The notes below the pieces were generated by a model. The model searched no databases. It saw nothing but the letters and a program-made list of their open reading frames with translations, and was not told the DNA's origin. From assembly GCF_000260965.1 (NCBI RefSeq), contig NC_017856.1, forward strand, positions 2,665,466 to 2,697,465: a stretch of DNA of 32,000 nucleotides. The letters run 5' to 3'. Positions 10,802 to 19,682 of the stretch are shown here, piece after piece. Made by a program: the position numbers and the translations under genes. This stretch comes from Methylophaga frappieri (GTDB lineage: Bacteria; Pseudomonadota; Gammaproteobacteria; Nitrosococcales; Methylophagaceae). Positions within the stretch are counted from its first letter, which is position 1, and each line of letters opens with the position of its first letter.

Positions 10802-11734
10802 ATGCAAGCTGCTTTTGTTTTTCCAGGCCAAGGCTCACAATCTATTGGTATGTTGTCAAATCTGGCTGAAAACTTTTCCTGTGTGACAGAAACGTTTGCA
10901 GAGGCCTCATCGGTGCTGGGGTACGATCTGTGGCAGTTAGTCAGCAATGGACCCGAAGCGGATCTTAACCAGACATATCGGACCCAACCAGCGATGCTCG
11001 CAGCAGGCATTGCCTCATGGCGTGTTTGGCAACAACAGGCTAATTTTCAACCGCACTATTTAGCGGGGCATAGTCTGGGAGAATATACTGCGCTGGTCGC
11101 TTCGGATGCCCTTAACTTTCAAGATGCCATCAAGCTGGTCGCTCAGCGTGGAGAACTAATGCAACAAGCCGTGCCCGAAGGCGAGGGCGCCATGGCTGCC
11201 ATACTTGGATTAGATGATGCGGTTGTGATGAAAATTTGTGATGAGGCAAGTCAGATTGGTGTTGTCGAAGCGGTTAATTTTAACTCGCCAGGGCAGATCG
11301 TTATTGCCGGTCGTGCTGAAGCGGTGCAACAGGCCATTACACTTGCCTCCGATGCTGGGGCTAAACGTGCCTTGTTACTGCCAGTGAGCGTGCCATCGCA
11401 CTGTGCATTGATGCGACCAGCAGCCGATAAACTGGCATTAGCATTAAGTGAGGTTGAGATTACGTTGCCTACTGTTCCCGTGATTCACAATACGACGGCA
11501 AGACAAGCTGCTGATGCATCAGAAATACGTGAGCTATTGGCTCGTCAACTATACAGCCCCGTACGCTGGGTTGAATCAGTGCAGTTTTTGGCTGACCAAG
11601 GCGTCGATACACTGGTTGAGTGTGGTCCCGGGAAGGTCTTGGCAGGCCTGGCAAAACGAATTGATAAAACATTGGTTGCGCAACCTTTATTTGATACAAC
11701 AAGCCTTGAAAAAACCAGACAGTTAGTGGGGTAA
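10802..11734 (+). CDS. fabD: Malonyl-CoA:ACP transacylase
   Basis: FPGQGSQ and the GHSLGEY active-site serine motif. Confidence 0.96.
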   Translation: MQAAFVFPGQGSQSIGMLSNLAENFSCVTETFAEASSVLGYDLWQLVSNGPEADLNQTYRTQPAMLAAGIASWRVWQQQANFQPHYLAGHSLGEYTALVASDALNFQDAIKLVAQRGELMQQAVPEGEGAMAAILGLDDAVVMKICDEASQIGVVEAVNFNSPGQIVIAGRAEAVQQAITLASDAGAKRALLLPVSVPSHCALMRPAADKLALALSEVEITLPTVPVIHNTTARQAADASEIRELLARQLYSPVRWVESVQFLADQGVDTLVECGPGKVLAGLAKRIDKTLVAQPLFDTTSLEKTRQLVG

Positions 11735-11736
11735 AA

Positions 11737-12480
11737 ATGAATTTAACGGGAAAAACGGCGTTAGTAACTGGCGCAACACGTGGTATTGGCAAAGCCATTG
11801 CGTTGCAATTAGGTGAGCAAGGTGCCGTTGTAATTGGTACGGCAACGTCAACGCGTGGTGCCGAGGCAATTTCTACATTCTTGAAAGAGGCTGGCATAAA
11901 AGGCTCGGGAATGGTTTTAGATGTTACCGATGCCGATGCGATTGAAGCTGTGATCAGTCAAATTGAAGCTGAGTTCGCCGCCCCAGATATTTTAGTGAAT
12001 AACGCCGGTATCACACGAGATACCTTATTAATGCGCATGAAAGATGAAGATTGGGATGCCATTATGCAAACCAATCTGAAACCAATCTATCAGCTGAGTA
12101 AGCGCTGTCTGCGTGCAATGACTAAAGCGCGTTGGGGACGTATTGTCAATATCACTTCTGTTGTTGGCGCGATGGGTAATGCAGGACAAACTAATTATGC
12201 TGCCGCGAAAGCCGGTGTGATTGGTTTTAGTAAATCCTTAGCACGAGAGACAGGGGCACGCGGTGTCACGGTCAATTGTGTTGCGCCGGGCTTTATTGAT
12301 ACGGATATGACCCGGGATCTGCCAGAAGCGCATAAAACGGCTTTGCTTGAAAATGTACCAGTTAAAAGATTAGGCGAAGCTGATGAAATTGCGGCAGCGG
12401 TAGCTTTTTTGGCGGGCCCATTGGCCGGTTATATTACGGGTGAGACGCTGCACGTCAATGGCGGAATGTATATGAATTAA
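11737..12480 (+). CDS. fabG: 3-oxoacyl-ACP reductase
   Basis: SDR motifs TGATRGIGKAIA, NNAG and YAAAKAG. Synteny matches. Confidence 0.96.
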   Translation: MNLTGKTALVTGATRGIGKAIALQLGEQGAVVIGTATSTRGAEAISTFLKEAGIKGSGMVLDVTDADAIEAVISQIEAEFAAPDILVNNAGITRDTLLMRMKDEDWDAIMQTNLKPIYQLSKRCLRAMTKARWGRIVNITSVVGAMGNAGQTNYAAAKAGVIGFSKSLARETGARGVTVNCVAPGFIDTDMTRDLPEAHKTALLENVPVKRLGEADEIAAAVAFLAGPLAGYITGETLHVNGGMYMN

Positions 12481-12483
12481 TGG

Positions 12484-12511
12484 CTGGCACGCATTTCGTG
12501 CTGGTTTTTTT
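12484..12511 (+). terminator. Rho-independent terminator after fabG
   Basis: CTGGCACG (12484-12491) pairs with CGTGCTGG (12497-12504), giving 8 bp with two G-U pairs and loop CATTT. A T7 run follows at 12505-12511. Confidence 0.65.
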
Positions 12512-12543
12512 AGGCGGCAGTGAGGCCAGAAAATGCTTTTGGC

Positions 12544-12572
12544 TTGTCTCTGCGGTGCACGCACTATAAAAT
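12544..12572 (+). promoter_or_regulatory. Candidate sigma70 promoter for acpP
   Basis: TTGTCT (12544-12549), a 17-nt spacer, then TAAAAT (12567-12572). It lies between the fabG terminator and the acpP ATG at 12621. This is a sequence match only. Confidence 0.4.
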
Positions 12573-12620
12573 GCCTGCACGTTGTTTGTTGTACTTAAAC
12601 TACCAAAGGAAATTTTAGTT

Positions 12621-12857
12621 ATGAGTGATATCGAAGCTCGCGTACGAGAAATCGTTGTCGAACAGCTGGGTGTGAATGCAGAAGAAGTGACTGCAGATGC
12701 CTCTTTTATCGACGATTTGGGCGCAGACTCACTGGATACGGTAGAACTGGTTATGGCGCTGGAAGAAGCGTTTGAGTGTGAAATTCCAGACGAAGAAGCT
12801 GAGAAAATCACCACAGTTAAAGAAGCCGTTGCTTATATTAATTCTGTTCAGTCTTAA
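12621..12857 (+). CDS. acpP: Acyl carrier protein
   Basis: 78 aa, [18 protein letters not shown]...[18 protein letters not shown], with the phosphopantetheine Ser in DSLD. AAGGA lies upstream. The track ORF start at 12582 is an upstream over-extension. Confidence 0.97.
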   Translation: MSDIEARVREIVVEQLGVNAEEVTADASFIDDLGADSLDTVELVMALEEAFECEIPDEEAEKITTVKEAVAYINSVQS

Positions 12858-12880
12858 ATTTCGCTGTTCGAATTTTACTG

Positions 12881-12914
12881 TAGCCGTCTAGTGTGAATGC
12901 ACGCTAGGCGGCTA
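12881..12914 (+). terminator. Stem-loop between acpP and fabF (possible partial terminator or processing site)
   Basis: TAGCCGTCTAG (12881-12891) pairs with CTAGGCGGCTA (12904-12914), giving 11 bp with one G-U and a 12-nt loop. Only a weak T-rich tail follows (TGTTATGT). Confidence 0.45.
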
Positions 12915-12952
12915 TGTTATGTCTGAACCGTTGATTTGCATGAGGAAAGCAA

Positions 12953-14194
12953 ATGTCTAAAAGACGTGTTGTCGTGACTGGCCTTGGTGCCGTAACGCCA
13001 GTGGGCTTGTCGGTTAGCGAAAGTTGGACGAATATTTTGGCAGGCCAAAGCGGTGTTAATGAAATTACGGCTTTTGATGTCAGTGATTTTTCAGTCCGCT
13101 TTGGTGCCAGCGTCAAAAACTTTGACGTTGAAACCGTCATGTCCCGTAAAGATGCCAAGAAAATGGATACTTTTATTCATTATGGCATTGCGGCTGCTGT
13201 GGAAGCGATTAACGATGCCGGTCTGACGGTAACCGAAGAAAATGCGGAGCGGATTGGGGTTGCGATCGGTTCGGGTATTGGTGGTTTGCCTGGCATCGAA
13301 GCAGGTTATGACAGTTTCCTCAAAGGTGGTCCCCGAAAAATTTCTCCGTTCTTTGTGCCGAGTAACATTATCAATATGATTTCGGGCAACCTGTCCATCA
13401 TGTATGGCATGAAAGGGCCGAACACAGCGATTGTAACGGCCTGTTCAACGGGTACGCACAGTATTTCAGCTGCAGGCAGAATGATTCAATACGGTGATGC
13501 CGATGTCATGATTGCCGGTGGTGCCGAAATGGCTACCTCACCTACAGGTTTGGGTGGTTTTGCCGCTGCGCGTGCTTTATCTACGCGTAATGATGATCCG
13601 ACAGCAGCCAGTCGCCCTTGGGACAAAGATCGTGATGGTTTTGTACTCGGTGATGGTGCGGGTGTGTTAGTGCTTGAAGAGTACGACCATGCCGTTAAAC
13701 GGGGTGCGACTATTTATGCCGAATTGGCGGGTAGTGGCATGAGCAGTGATGCTTATCATATGACCATGCCTTCGCAAGGTGGCGAGGGGGCATCTCGTTG
13801 CATGCGTAATGCTTTACAAGATGCGGGTCTTAATAGCGATCAAGTTGATTATATCAATGCCCATGGTACGTCAACGCCCGCGGGTGATGTCGCTGAAACG
13901 ATGGCGATTAAATTAGCATTAGGGGAGTCGGCTAAAAGTGTCGCAGTAAGTTCAACCAAGTCGATGATTGGTCATCTCTTAGGCGCTGCCGGTGGCGTTG
14001 AAGCGGTATTTAGCGTTTTAGCCATAAGAGATCAAGTTGCGCCACCAACCATTAACCTGAATAACCCGGATGCGGAATGCGATTTGGATTATGTGCCGCA
14101 TACGGCGCGAGAAATGCCTATTGATGTCGCAATGTCTAATTCATTTGGCTTTGGTGGGACCAACGGTACTATTATTTTTCGGAAACTAAGCTGA
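12953..14194 (+). CDS. fabF: 3-oxoacyl-ACP synthase II
   Basis: [13 protein letters not shown]-terminus, active-site Cys in ACSTGTHS, plus HGTSTP and GHLLGAAG. Confidence 0.96.
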   Translation: MSKRRVVVTGLGAVTPVGLSVSESWTNILAGQSGVNEITAFDVSDFSVRFGASVKNFDVETVMSRKDAKKMDTFIHYGIAAAVEAINDAGLTVTEENAERIGVAIGSGIGGLPGIEAGYDSFLKGGPRKISPFFVPSNIINMISGNLSIMYGMKGPNTAIVTACSTGTHSISAAGRMIQYGDADVMIAGGAEMATSPTGLGGFAAARALSTRNDDPTAASRPWDKDRDGFVLGDGAGVLVLEEYDHAVKRGATIYAELAGSGMSSDAYHMTMPSQGGEGASRCMRNALQDAGLNSDQVDYINAHGTSTPAGDVAETMAIKLALGESAKSVAVSSTKSMIGHLLGAAGGVEAVFSVLAIRDQVAPPTINLNNPDAECDLDYVPHTAREMPIDVAMSNSFGFGGTNGTIIFRKLS

Positions 14195-14204
14195 AGTCAC
14201 TTTC

Positions 14205-15038
14205 ATGAGACTGCTTAACGGTCAGCCCTCTGAGCACATTGATAGTCGTGACAGAGGGTTGCAGTATGGTGATGGTTTGTTTGAAACCATTGCTGTTCGA
14301 GCAGGCAAAATGCCATTTCTTGAGGCACACCTACAGCGGCTACAAAAAGGGCTAACGGCGCTTAAAATTAATTTCAATGAATCTGATATGGCGCTACTGC
14401 GTCAGGAAATTGATTTGGTTACTCAGTCTGGCGAAGCATCGGATTTAATCGTTAAAGTTATGATTAGTCGCGGCATTACAGAGCGCGGTTATGGTTATCC
14501 TGAGGATCTGTCTGCAAACCGTATTATCAGCAGTTCCGCTATGCCGGAATGGCCAGAGCGAAGTACTAACGGGATCACAGTCCGATTTTGCCACCATGCT
14601 TTATCTGAAAACCCTGTCTTGGCCGGCTTAAAACATTTAAACCGTTTAGATCAGGTTTTAGCACGCAGCGAATGGCGTGATATCGCTATTGCCGAGGGAT
14701 TGATGCATGATCAGTCCGGCTTCCTGATTGAAGGCACGATGAGTAATCTGTTTGTCATCCAGGATGGCATTATCGCCACACCTGACGTGTCGCACTGCGG
14801 TGTTGCGGGCGTTATGCGAGCGCATTTAATGCAGTTGGCAACACAACTGGGTTGGACTGTCCAGGTTAAACCCATCACACCAGATGAGTTGTTGCACGCG
14901 GATGAATGCTTTGTTTGTAACAGTATTATCGGCATTTGGCCGATTCATCATGTTTCAGAAACCGACACTTATTGGCAGGTAGGGCCGATGACAAAGCAAT
15001 TGCAGACCTTGCTTGGGCAAACGATAATAGCCTCATGA
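14205..15038 (+). CDS. pabC: Aminodeoxychorismate lyase (class IV aminotransferase fold)
   Basis: RGLQYGDGLFET N-terminus and AGLKHLNRLDQVLA (PLP-lysine context as in E. coli PabC). It has the conserved position between fabF and mltG. Confidence 0.9.
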   Translation: MRLLNGQPSEHIDSRDRGLQYGDGLFETIAVRAGKMPFLEAHLQRLQKGLTALKINFNESDMALLRQEIDLVTQSGEASDLIVKVMISRGITERGYGYPEDLSANRIISSSAMPEWPERSTNGITVRFCHHALSENPVLAGLKHLNRLDQVLARSEWRDIAIAEGLMHDQSGFLIEGTMSNLFVIQDGIIATPDVSHCGVAGVMRAHLMQLATQLGWTVQVKPITPDELLHADECFVCNSIIGIWPIHHVSETDTYWQVGPMTKQLQTLLGQTIIAS

Positions 15039-16045
15039 AACTGCCAGTCTCCGTCAAAATCTTCTCGGTAATATTTGTTTTGGCTATTCCCGCTTTTATT
15101 GTCTGGAATGAGTATCAACGTTTTGTCCAAACACCTCTTGATCTCGATGATTCGCAACTGTTTCAAATCAATAAAGGCGATAATCTCAGCAGAGTCAGCC
15201 AACGATTATTTCAACAAGGGCTGAGCGCCACGCCCAGTTTATATTTGGATTTGTATGGCCGTTGGCAAGGTGTTGCCGGTAAGATTCAGGCGGGAGAGTA
15301 TGAAATTACCTCCGGCATGACGATGCCAGCGCTATTGGATAAGTTTGTCAGTGGTCACGTCATGCAATATCGCATTACGGTCATTGAGGGGATGACAGCC
15401 CAGCAACTATTAATCAAAGTGCGTGAGCATCCGAAAATTACGACTGTCGATCCGGCCATGACACTCGAGGCGATGCTGCATGAAATTGATGCGCAACAAT
15501 CACATCCCGAAGGGTGGTTTTTACCGGAAACCTACCAGTTTACTGCTGGGACGACTGATATTGAATTTCTTAATCGTGCCTACCAAAAGATGCAGACTGT
15601 TTTAGATTCGGCCTGGCAATCACGGCATGACGATTTGCCATATAGCACGCCCTATGAGGTCTTGATTATGGCGTCGATTATAGAAAAAGAAACCGGTATC
15701 GCCGAGGAACGGCCTGAAATTGCTGGTGTGTTCGTTCGTCGTTTAAATAAAGGCATGCGATTGCAAACCGATCCGACCGTGATTTATGGCATGGGCGAGT
15801 TGTATGACGGCAATATTCGGCGTCAGGATTTGCGTACCGACACGCCTTATAACACCTATACACGTCATGGTTTGCCGCCGACACCGATTTGCCTGCCCAG
15901 TGAAGCGGCGATTGAAGCGGCTTTAAATCCAGCACAAGGCGATTACCTTTATTTTGTCGCCACGGGTGAAGACGGGCGGCACCAATTTTCGACTAATCTC
16001 GATGATCATAATCGCGCTGTCAGAAAGTATCAGTTAAAACAATGA
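15035..16045 (+). CDS. mltG: Endolytic murein transglycosylase MltG (YceG family)
   Basis: ATG 15035 overlaps the pabC stop (ATGA). A TM segment (IFSVIFVLAIPAFIVW) is present, and the catalytic Glu context ASIIEKET matches E. coli MltG. The track start at 14936 lies inside pabC and is rejected. Confidence 0.92.
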   Translation: MKLPVSVKIFSVIFVLAIPAFIVWNEYQRFVQTPLDLDDSQLFQINKGDNLSRVSQRLFQQGLSATPSLYLDLYGRWQGVAGKIQAGEYEITSGMTMPALLDKFVSGHVMQYRITVIEGMTAQQLLIKVREHPKITTVDPAMTLEAMLHEIDAQQSHPEGWFLPETYQFTAGTTDIEFLNRAYQKMQTVLDSAWQSRHDDLPYSTPYEVLIMASIIEKETGIAEERPEIAGVFVRRLNKGMRLQTDPTVIYGMGELYDGNIRRQDLRTDTPYNTYTRHGLPPTPICLPSEAAIEAALNPAQGDYLYFVATGEDGRHQFSTNLDDHNRAVRKYQLKQ

Positions 16046-16668
16046 CGGGTAAATTTATCAGTTTGGAAGGCATCGAAGGCGCCGGAAAGTCAACCCAAAT
16101 GGCGTTTATCGCAGATTACCTGCGCCAGCATCAGCTCACCGTTGTTGAAACACGTGAACCCGGTGGAACGCCGTTAAGTGAAGAAATTCGCGCTGTTCTG
16201 TTATCGCCACGCGAAGAAACCATGGCAGATGATACCGAGCTCTTACTGATGTTTGCGGCACGGGTCCAGCATGTACAACAAAAAATCTTACCGGCGCTGG
16301 CTGCCGGGAAATGGGTGTTATCGGATCGATTTTTGGATGCGACGTTTGCTTATCAAGGTGGCGGGCGAGGCGTGAGTGCAGAGCGAATCCAGGCATTATC
16401 GGAGTGGAGTCTGCAAGGCGTGAAAACAGACTTAACGCTGTTATTTGATTTATCTGTGGCTACCGGCCAACAACGTGTGCAGTCTCGTGGTAATGCGCGA
16501 GATCGATTTGAACAGCAGCGTAATGCCTTTTTTGAACAGGTTCGGCATTGCTATTTACAGCGTGCAGCAAATGAACCTGAGCGCATACAGGTTATCGATG
16601 CAAGCCAAAGTGTGCCCCTTATTCAGCAGCAGTTAAAAACCTGTCTGGATAAGTTGATCCGGCTGTGA
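16042..16668 (+). CDS. tmk: Thymidylate kinase
   Basis: P-loop LEGIEGAGKST and the DRF motif. ATGA overlap with mltG. Confidence 0.96.
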   Translation: MTGKFISLEGIEGAGKSTQMAFIADYLRQHQLTVVETREPGGTPLSEEIRAVLLSPREETMADDTELLLMFAARVQHVQQKILPALAAGKWVLSDRFLDATFAYQGGGRGVSAERIQALSEWSLQGVKTDLTLLFDLSVATGQQRVQSRGNARDRFEQQRNAFFEQVRHCYLQRAANEPERIQVIDASQSVPLIQQQLKTCLDKLIRL

Positions 16669-17621
16669 CGATGGTTTACCCATGGCATCAACCACTCTGG
16701 CAAGATTTTCTGAAACTTTGTCAGCAACAACGACTGCCTCATGGTGTGTTATTGACAGGTGTACCGGGGCTGGATTTGACAGGTTTTGCAAATGCCGCCA
16801 TTACTTATTTGCTCTGTCATCAAAAAGACAAAACAATGGCTTGCGGTCGTTGCCAAAGCTGCCGTTTAATGGCGACAAGTAGCCATCCGGATCATCAAGT
16901 GATTGCGCCTGAAGAGGCAGGCAAGGCGATTAAGATTGATCAAATACGGAGCGTCCACGAAAAATTAGCCTTAACCGCCCATATAAGTCAGTGGAAAACA
17001 TTATTGATCGCTCCTGCAGATAAAATGACGATCAATGCTGCGAACAGCTTGCTGAAGTTGCTTGAAGAGCCGCCTAAAGACAGCTTTTTAATTCTGATCA
17101 GCAGTCAACCAGAGCAATTACCGATTACGATTCGTAGTCGTTGTCAACATTGGCATATGGCATCGCCAACGCCTGATGAAAGCCGACAATGGTTGCAACA
17201 AAATGGCTATGCTTTATCGGATCAACAATGGCAACTGCTTGCTCGCATCGCCGCTTATGCACCGTTACAAATAAAGCAGATGCTTGATCAAAACATGGAT
17301 GAACATTACGCGCAGGTAGTGTCACAATATCAACAGATTCGGGCTGGTAATGACAACCCGGTGCATATTGCCGCTAACTGGCAGCAACAGGATCTGCTCG
17401 GCATATTGCATGGTCTTTATTTTTATCAACATCAACAGTTAATGGCAGCAGATAATTCAGAACGGTTATCAATCGAATGGCAGCTAATGGATTGTATACA
17501 AGCGACAATAAAGCTAGTATCTTCACTAAATAATTACAATAAAACCTTGTTAATTGAGGATTTTGTTGTTCGCATCAGGCAGTTATCTGTCCATGACCAT
17601 CGGATCCGGCACACAGGCTGA
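16665..17621 (+). CDS. holB: DNA polymerase III delta' subunit
   Basis: YPWHQPLWQDF...LPHGVLLTGVPGLD (degenerate P-loop), cysteine cluster CGRCQSCRL and LLKLLEEPP. The GTG start overlaps the tmk stop. ATG 16671 is an equally plausible start. Confidence 0.9.
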   Translation: MTMVYPWHQPLWQDFLKLCQQQRLPHGVLLTGVPGLDLTGFANAAITYLLCHQKDKTMACGRCQSCRLMATSSHPDHQVIAPEEAGKAIKIDQIRSVHEKLALTAHISQWKTLLIAPADKMTINAANSLLKLLEEPPKDSFLILISSQPEQLPITIRSRCQHWHMASPTPDESRQWLQQNGYALSDQQWQLLARIAAYAPLQIKQMLDQNMDEHYAQVVSQYQQIRAGNDNPVHIAANWQQQDLLGILHGLYFYQHQQLMAADNSERLSIEWQLMDCIQATIKLVSSLNNYNKTLLIEDFVVRIRQLSVHDHRIRHTG

Positions 17622-17629
17622 TTAGCATT

Positions 17630-17983
17630 ATGAGTTCAAACCCGAGAAAAGGCATTTTATCTTTAAAAATCAGCGATCAGAATATGCTGTATCACTCGTA
17701 TATGCCATTTCTGAAAAATGGCGGGCTGTTTATTCCAACCAATAAGTCTTACGCCTTGGGCGAAGAGGTTTTTATTCTTCTTAATCTGATGGATGAACCA
17801 GAAAAAATTCCTGTCGCGGGTAATATTGTCTGGTTAACGCCCAACGGTGCTCAAGGGAATCACGCCGCCGGTATCGGTGTGCATTTCAGTGATATCGATG
17901 GCAGTGCAGCAGTTGTTCGAGGCAAAATCGAAAATTATCTGGTGGATAAGCTCAAGTCTGATAAAGCTACCTACACGATGTAA
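17630..17983 (+). CDS. pilZ: Type IV pilus assembly protein PilZ (PA2960-type)
   Basis: 117 aa containing GILSLKISDQNMLYHSYMPFLKNGGLFIPT...LLNLMDEPEKIPVAGNIVWLTPNGAQGNHAAGIGV. It closely resembles P. aeruginosa PilZ as I recall it. It has the conserved holB-pilZ-tatD position. Confidence 0.88.
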   Translation: MSSNPRKGILSLKISDQNMLYHSYMPFLKNGGLFIPTNKSYALGEEVFILLNLMDEPEKIPVAGNIVWLTPNGAQGNHAAGIGVHFSDIDGSAAVVRGKIENYLVDKLKSDKATYTM

Positions 17984-18014
17984 TCTGTTTACCCAATACT
18001 TTTCGGAAAAATGC

Positions 18015-18791
18015 ATGTTTGTTGATTCACACTGTCACCTCAACTTATTACAAGATGAGCCAGGCGGCATTGAGGCCCTGGTTGCGGAAGCCACAGCAAG
18101 AAAAATTGAACATATGCTTTGTATCGCTATCGACAAGGCGAGTTGTCAGTCTGTCTATGACATTGCTAAGGCTTATCCCCATATTTCTGCCAGTGTCGGG
18201 ATTCATCCCAATGTAGATGCTGCAGAACAATTCACCATTGAAGAGTTAGTTGAGGCTGCAAGCGACAATAAAATTATTGCGATTGGTGAAACGGGCCTGG
18301 ATTATTTTCGCAGCGAGGGTGATTTAGCGTGGCAGCGTGAGCGGTTTCGTATTCATATTGAAGCTGCCAAACAAACCAAGAAACCCCTTATCATTCATAC
18401 ACGTGAAGCCCGGGAAGATACGATGACAATGCTTGAGCAGCACCAGGCGCGTGACGCCGGGGGCATCATTCATTGTTTTACCGAAAATTGGGAAACAGCC
18501 AAAAGAGCGCTCGATATTGGGTTTTATATTTCTCTATCCGGGATCGTCACCTTTAAAAGCGCTCGAGAACTTCAAGACGTGGCAAAAAAACTCCCGGCTG
18601 ATCGGATTTTGATAGAAACCGATTCACCTTATCTTGCGCCAGTGCCGCACCGTGGTAAAACCAATAAACCAGCGTTTGTTACCCATGTTGCCGAGTTTTT
18701 GGCAGAACTGCGTCAAGAACCGTTAGAGCAAATTGCCCAACAGACAACCGACAACTTTTATCGGTTATTTCCTACGGCGCGCGCTGCATAA
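18015..18791 (+). CDS. ycfH: TatD-family metal-dependent hydrolase (YcfH-like)
   Basis: MFVDSHCHL N-terminus, plus GETGLDY, IHTR and ETDSPYL motifs. The track ORF (start 17847) over-extends into pilZ. ATG 18015 is in frame and fits the family N-terminus. Confidence 0.92.
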   Translation: MFVDSHCHLNLLQDEPGGIEALVAEATARKIEHMLCIAIDKASCQSVYDIAKAYPHISASVGIHPNVDAAEQFTIEELVEAASDNKIIAIGETGLDYFRSEGDLAWQRERFRIHIEAAKQTKKPLIIHTREAREDTMTMLEQHQARDAGGIIHCFTENWETAKRALDIGFYISLSGIVTFKSARELQDVAKKLPADRILIETDSPYLAPVPHRGKTNKPAFVTHVAEFLAELRQEPLEQIAQQTTDNFYRLFPTARAA

Positions 18792-18793
18792 TC

Positions 18794-19423
18794 ATGAAAA
18801 ATCACATTAAAACAATGGCTTTTACGGTTGTTTTAATCTGTTTTATTACAGGGTGCGATAAGGTTCACCCCCTAGTACCACTTGATTCAGATGATGTAAT
18901 ACTCGCCTTTGGGGATAGTTTGACTTTCGGCAGTGGTGCCAGCTTGAGTGAAAGTTATCCTGCTCGGCTTGATAGCTTATTGGATCAAAAAGTTATCAAT
19001 GCAGGCGTGCCGGGAGAGATAAGCGGTGAGGGACGTTCACGGCTACCGGCCTTGATTGAGGATATTCAGCCGGCTTTAGTGATTTTATGTCACGGTGGGA
19101 ATGATTTACTGCGTAAGCTGAGCAAACAGCAAGCCAAACGCAATCTTATCGCCATGATAGAAATGATTCAGCAGAGCGGGGCGGATGTGGTGTTAATTGC
19201 GGTTCCAGAGCCTGGTATGTTGCTATCGCCGCCGGATTTGTATGCTGAATTAGCCGAAACGTATGATTTAAATATCGAAACCACGGTATTGTCAGATGTG
19301 CTCGCAAACCGAGCGTTAAAATCAGATCCCATCCACCCCAATGCACAAGGCTATCAAATGATAGCCGATGCCATCAGCGACATTTTGGTTGATGCGGGCG
19401 CGGTATCCTTAATCGACAATTAA
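18794..19423 (+). CDS. SGNH/GDSL-family esterase, predicted lipoprotein
   Basis: Signal peptide with lipobox (LICFITGC). SGNH blocks are AFGDSLT (I), AGVPGE (II), HGGNDL (III) and DPIHPN (V). Confidence 0.85.
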   Translation: MKNHIKTMAFTVVLICFITGCDKVHPLVPLDSDDVILAFGDSLTFGSGASLSESYPARLDSLLDQKVINAGVPGEISGEGRSRLPALIEDIQPALVILCHGGNDLLRKLSKQQAKRNLIAMIEMIQQSGADVVLIAVPEPGMLLSPPDLYAELAETYDLNIETTVLSDVLANRALKSDPIHPNAQGYQMIADAISDILVDAGAVSLIDN

Positions 19424-19535
19424 TCGACGATTTTGCGATTTCTGACTTATTCAGCCCTAGTCAGATCAAAGCTGATTACTTGCGTTTAATTACCTAAGAT
19501 TAATATTGCGCAAATAGTGTCGTTTTCAGTAAGCG

Positions 19536-19547
19536 ATGACGCGTCAT
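19536..19547. repeat. Perfect 12-bp palindrome ATGACGCGTCAT in the mocR upstream region
   Basis: Read directly from the sequence, 136 nt upstream of the mocR ATG. The same half-sites recur at 23675-23689. Confidence 0.9.
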
Positions 19548-19682
19548 TGTCTGCATAAATCAGGCAAACAATCCCATCAATCCCTCTTTTTAGCTTGGTT
19601 TTGTCTTTGTTTATTGCATACAAATAGCCGTTAAGTTAGTTTTCCTTAGACCAGACCTTAAAGGGGGAAGAGGGATAGCAAG

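Noticed and set aside
11469-11897. A 142-aa minus-strand ORF spanning the fabD/fabG junction, and a 119-aa minus-strand ORF at 12455-12814 antisense to acpP.
   Set aside because: Both are opposite highly conserved fab genes. The second is a Ser-rich mirror of the acidic ACP sequence. Neither has an RBS or family resemblance.
17847-18014. Long N-terminal extensions offered by the ORF track: ycfH from 17847, mltG from 14936, lon from 2699, cvpA from 5994, yceD from 8033, acpP from 12582 and hsdR from 28365.
   Set aside because: The extensions overlap the upstream gene or intergenic terminators. Internal ATGs give N-termini that match the families and have better RBS spacing.
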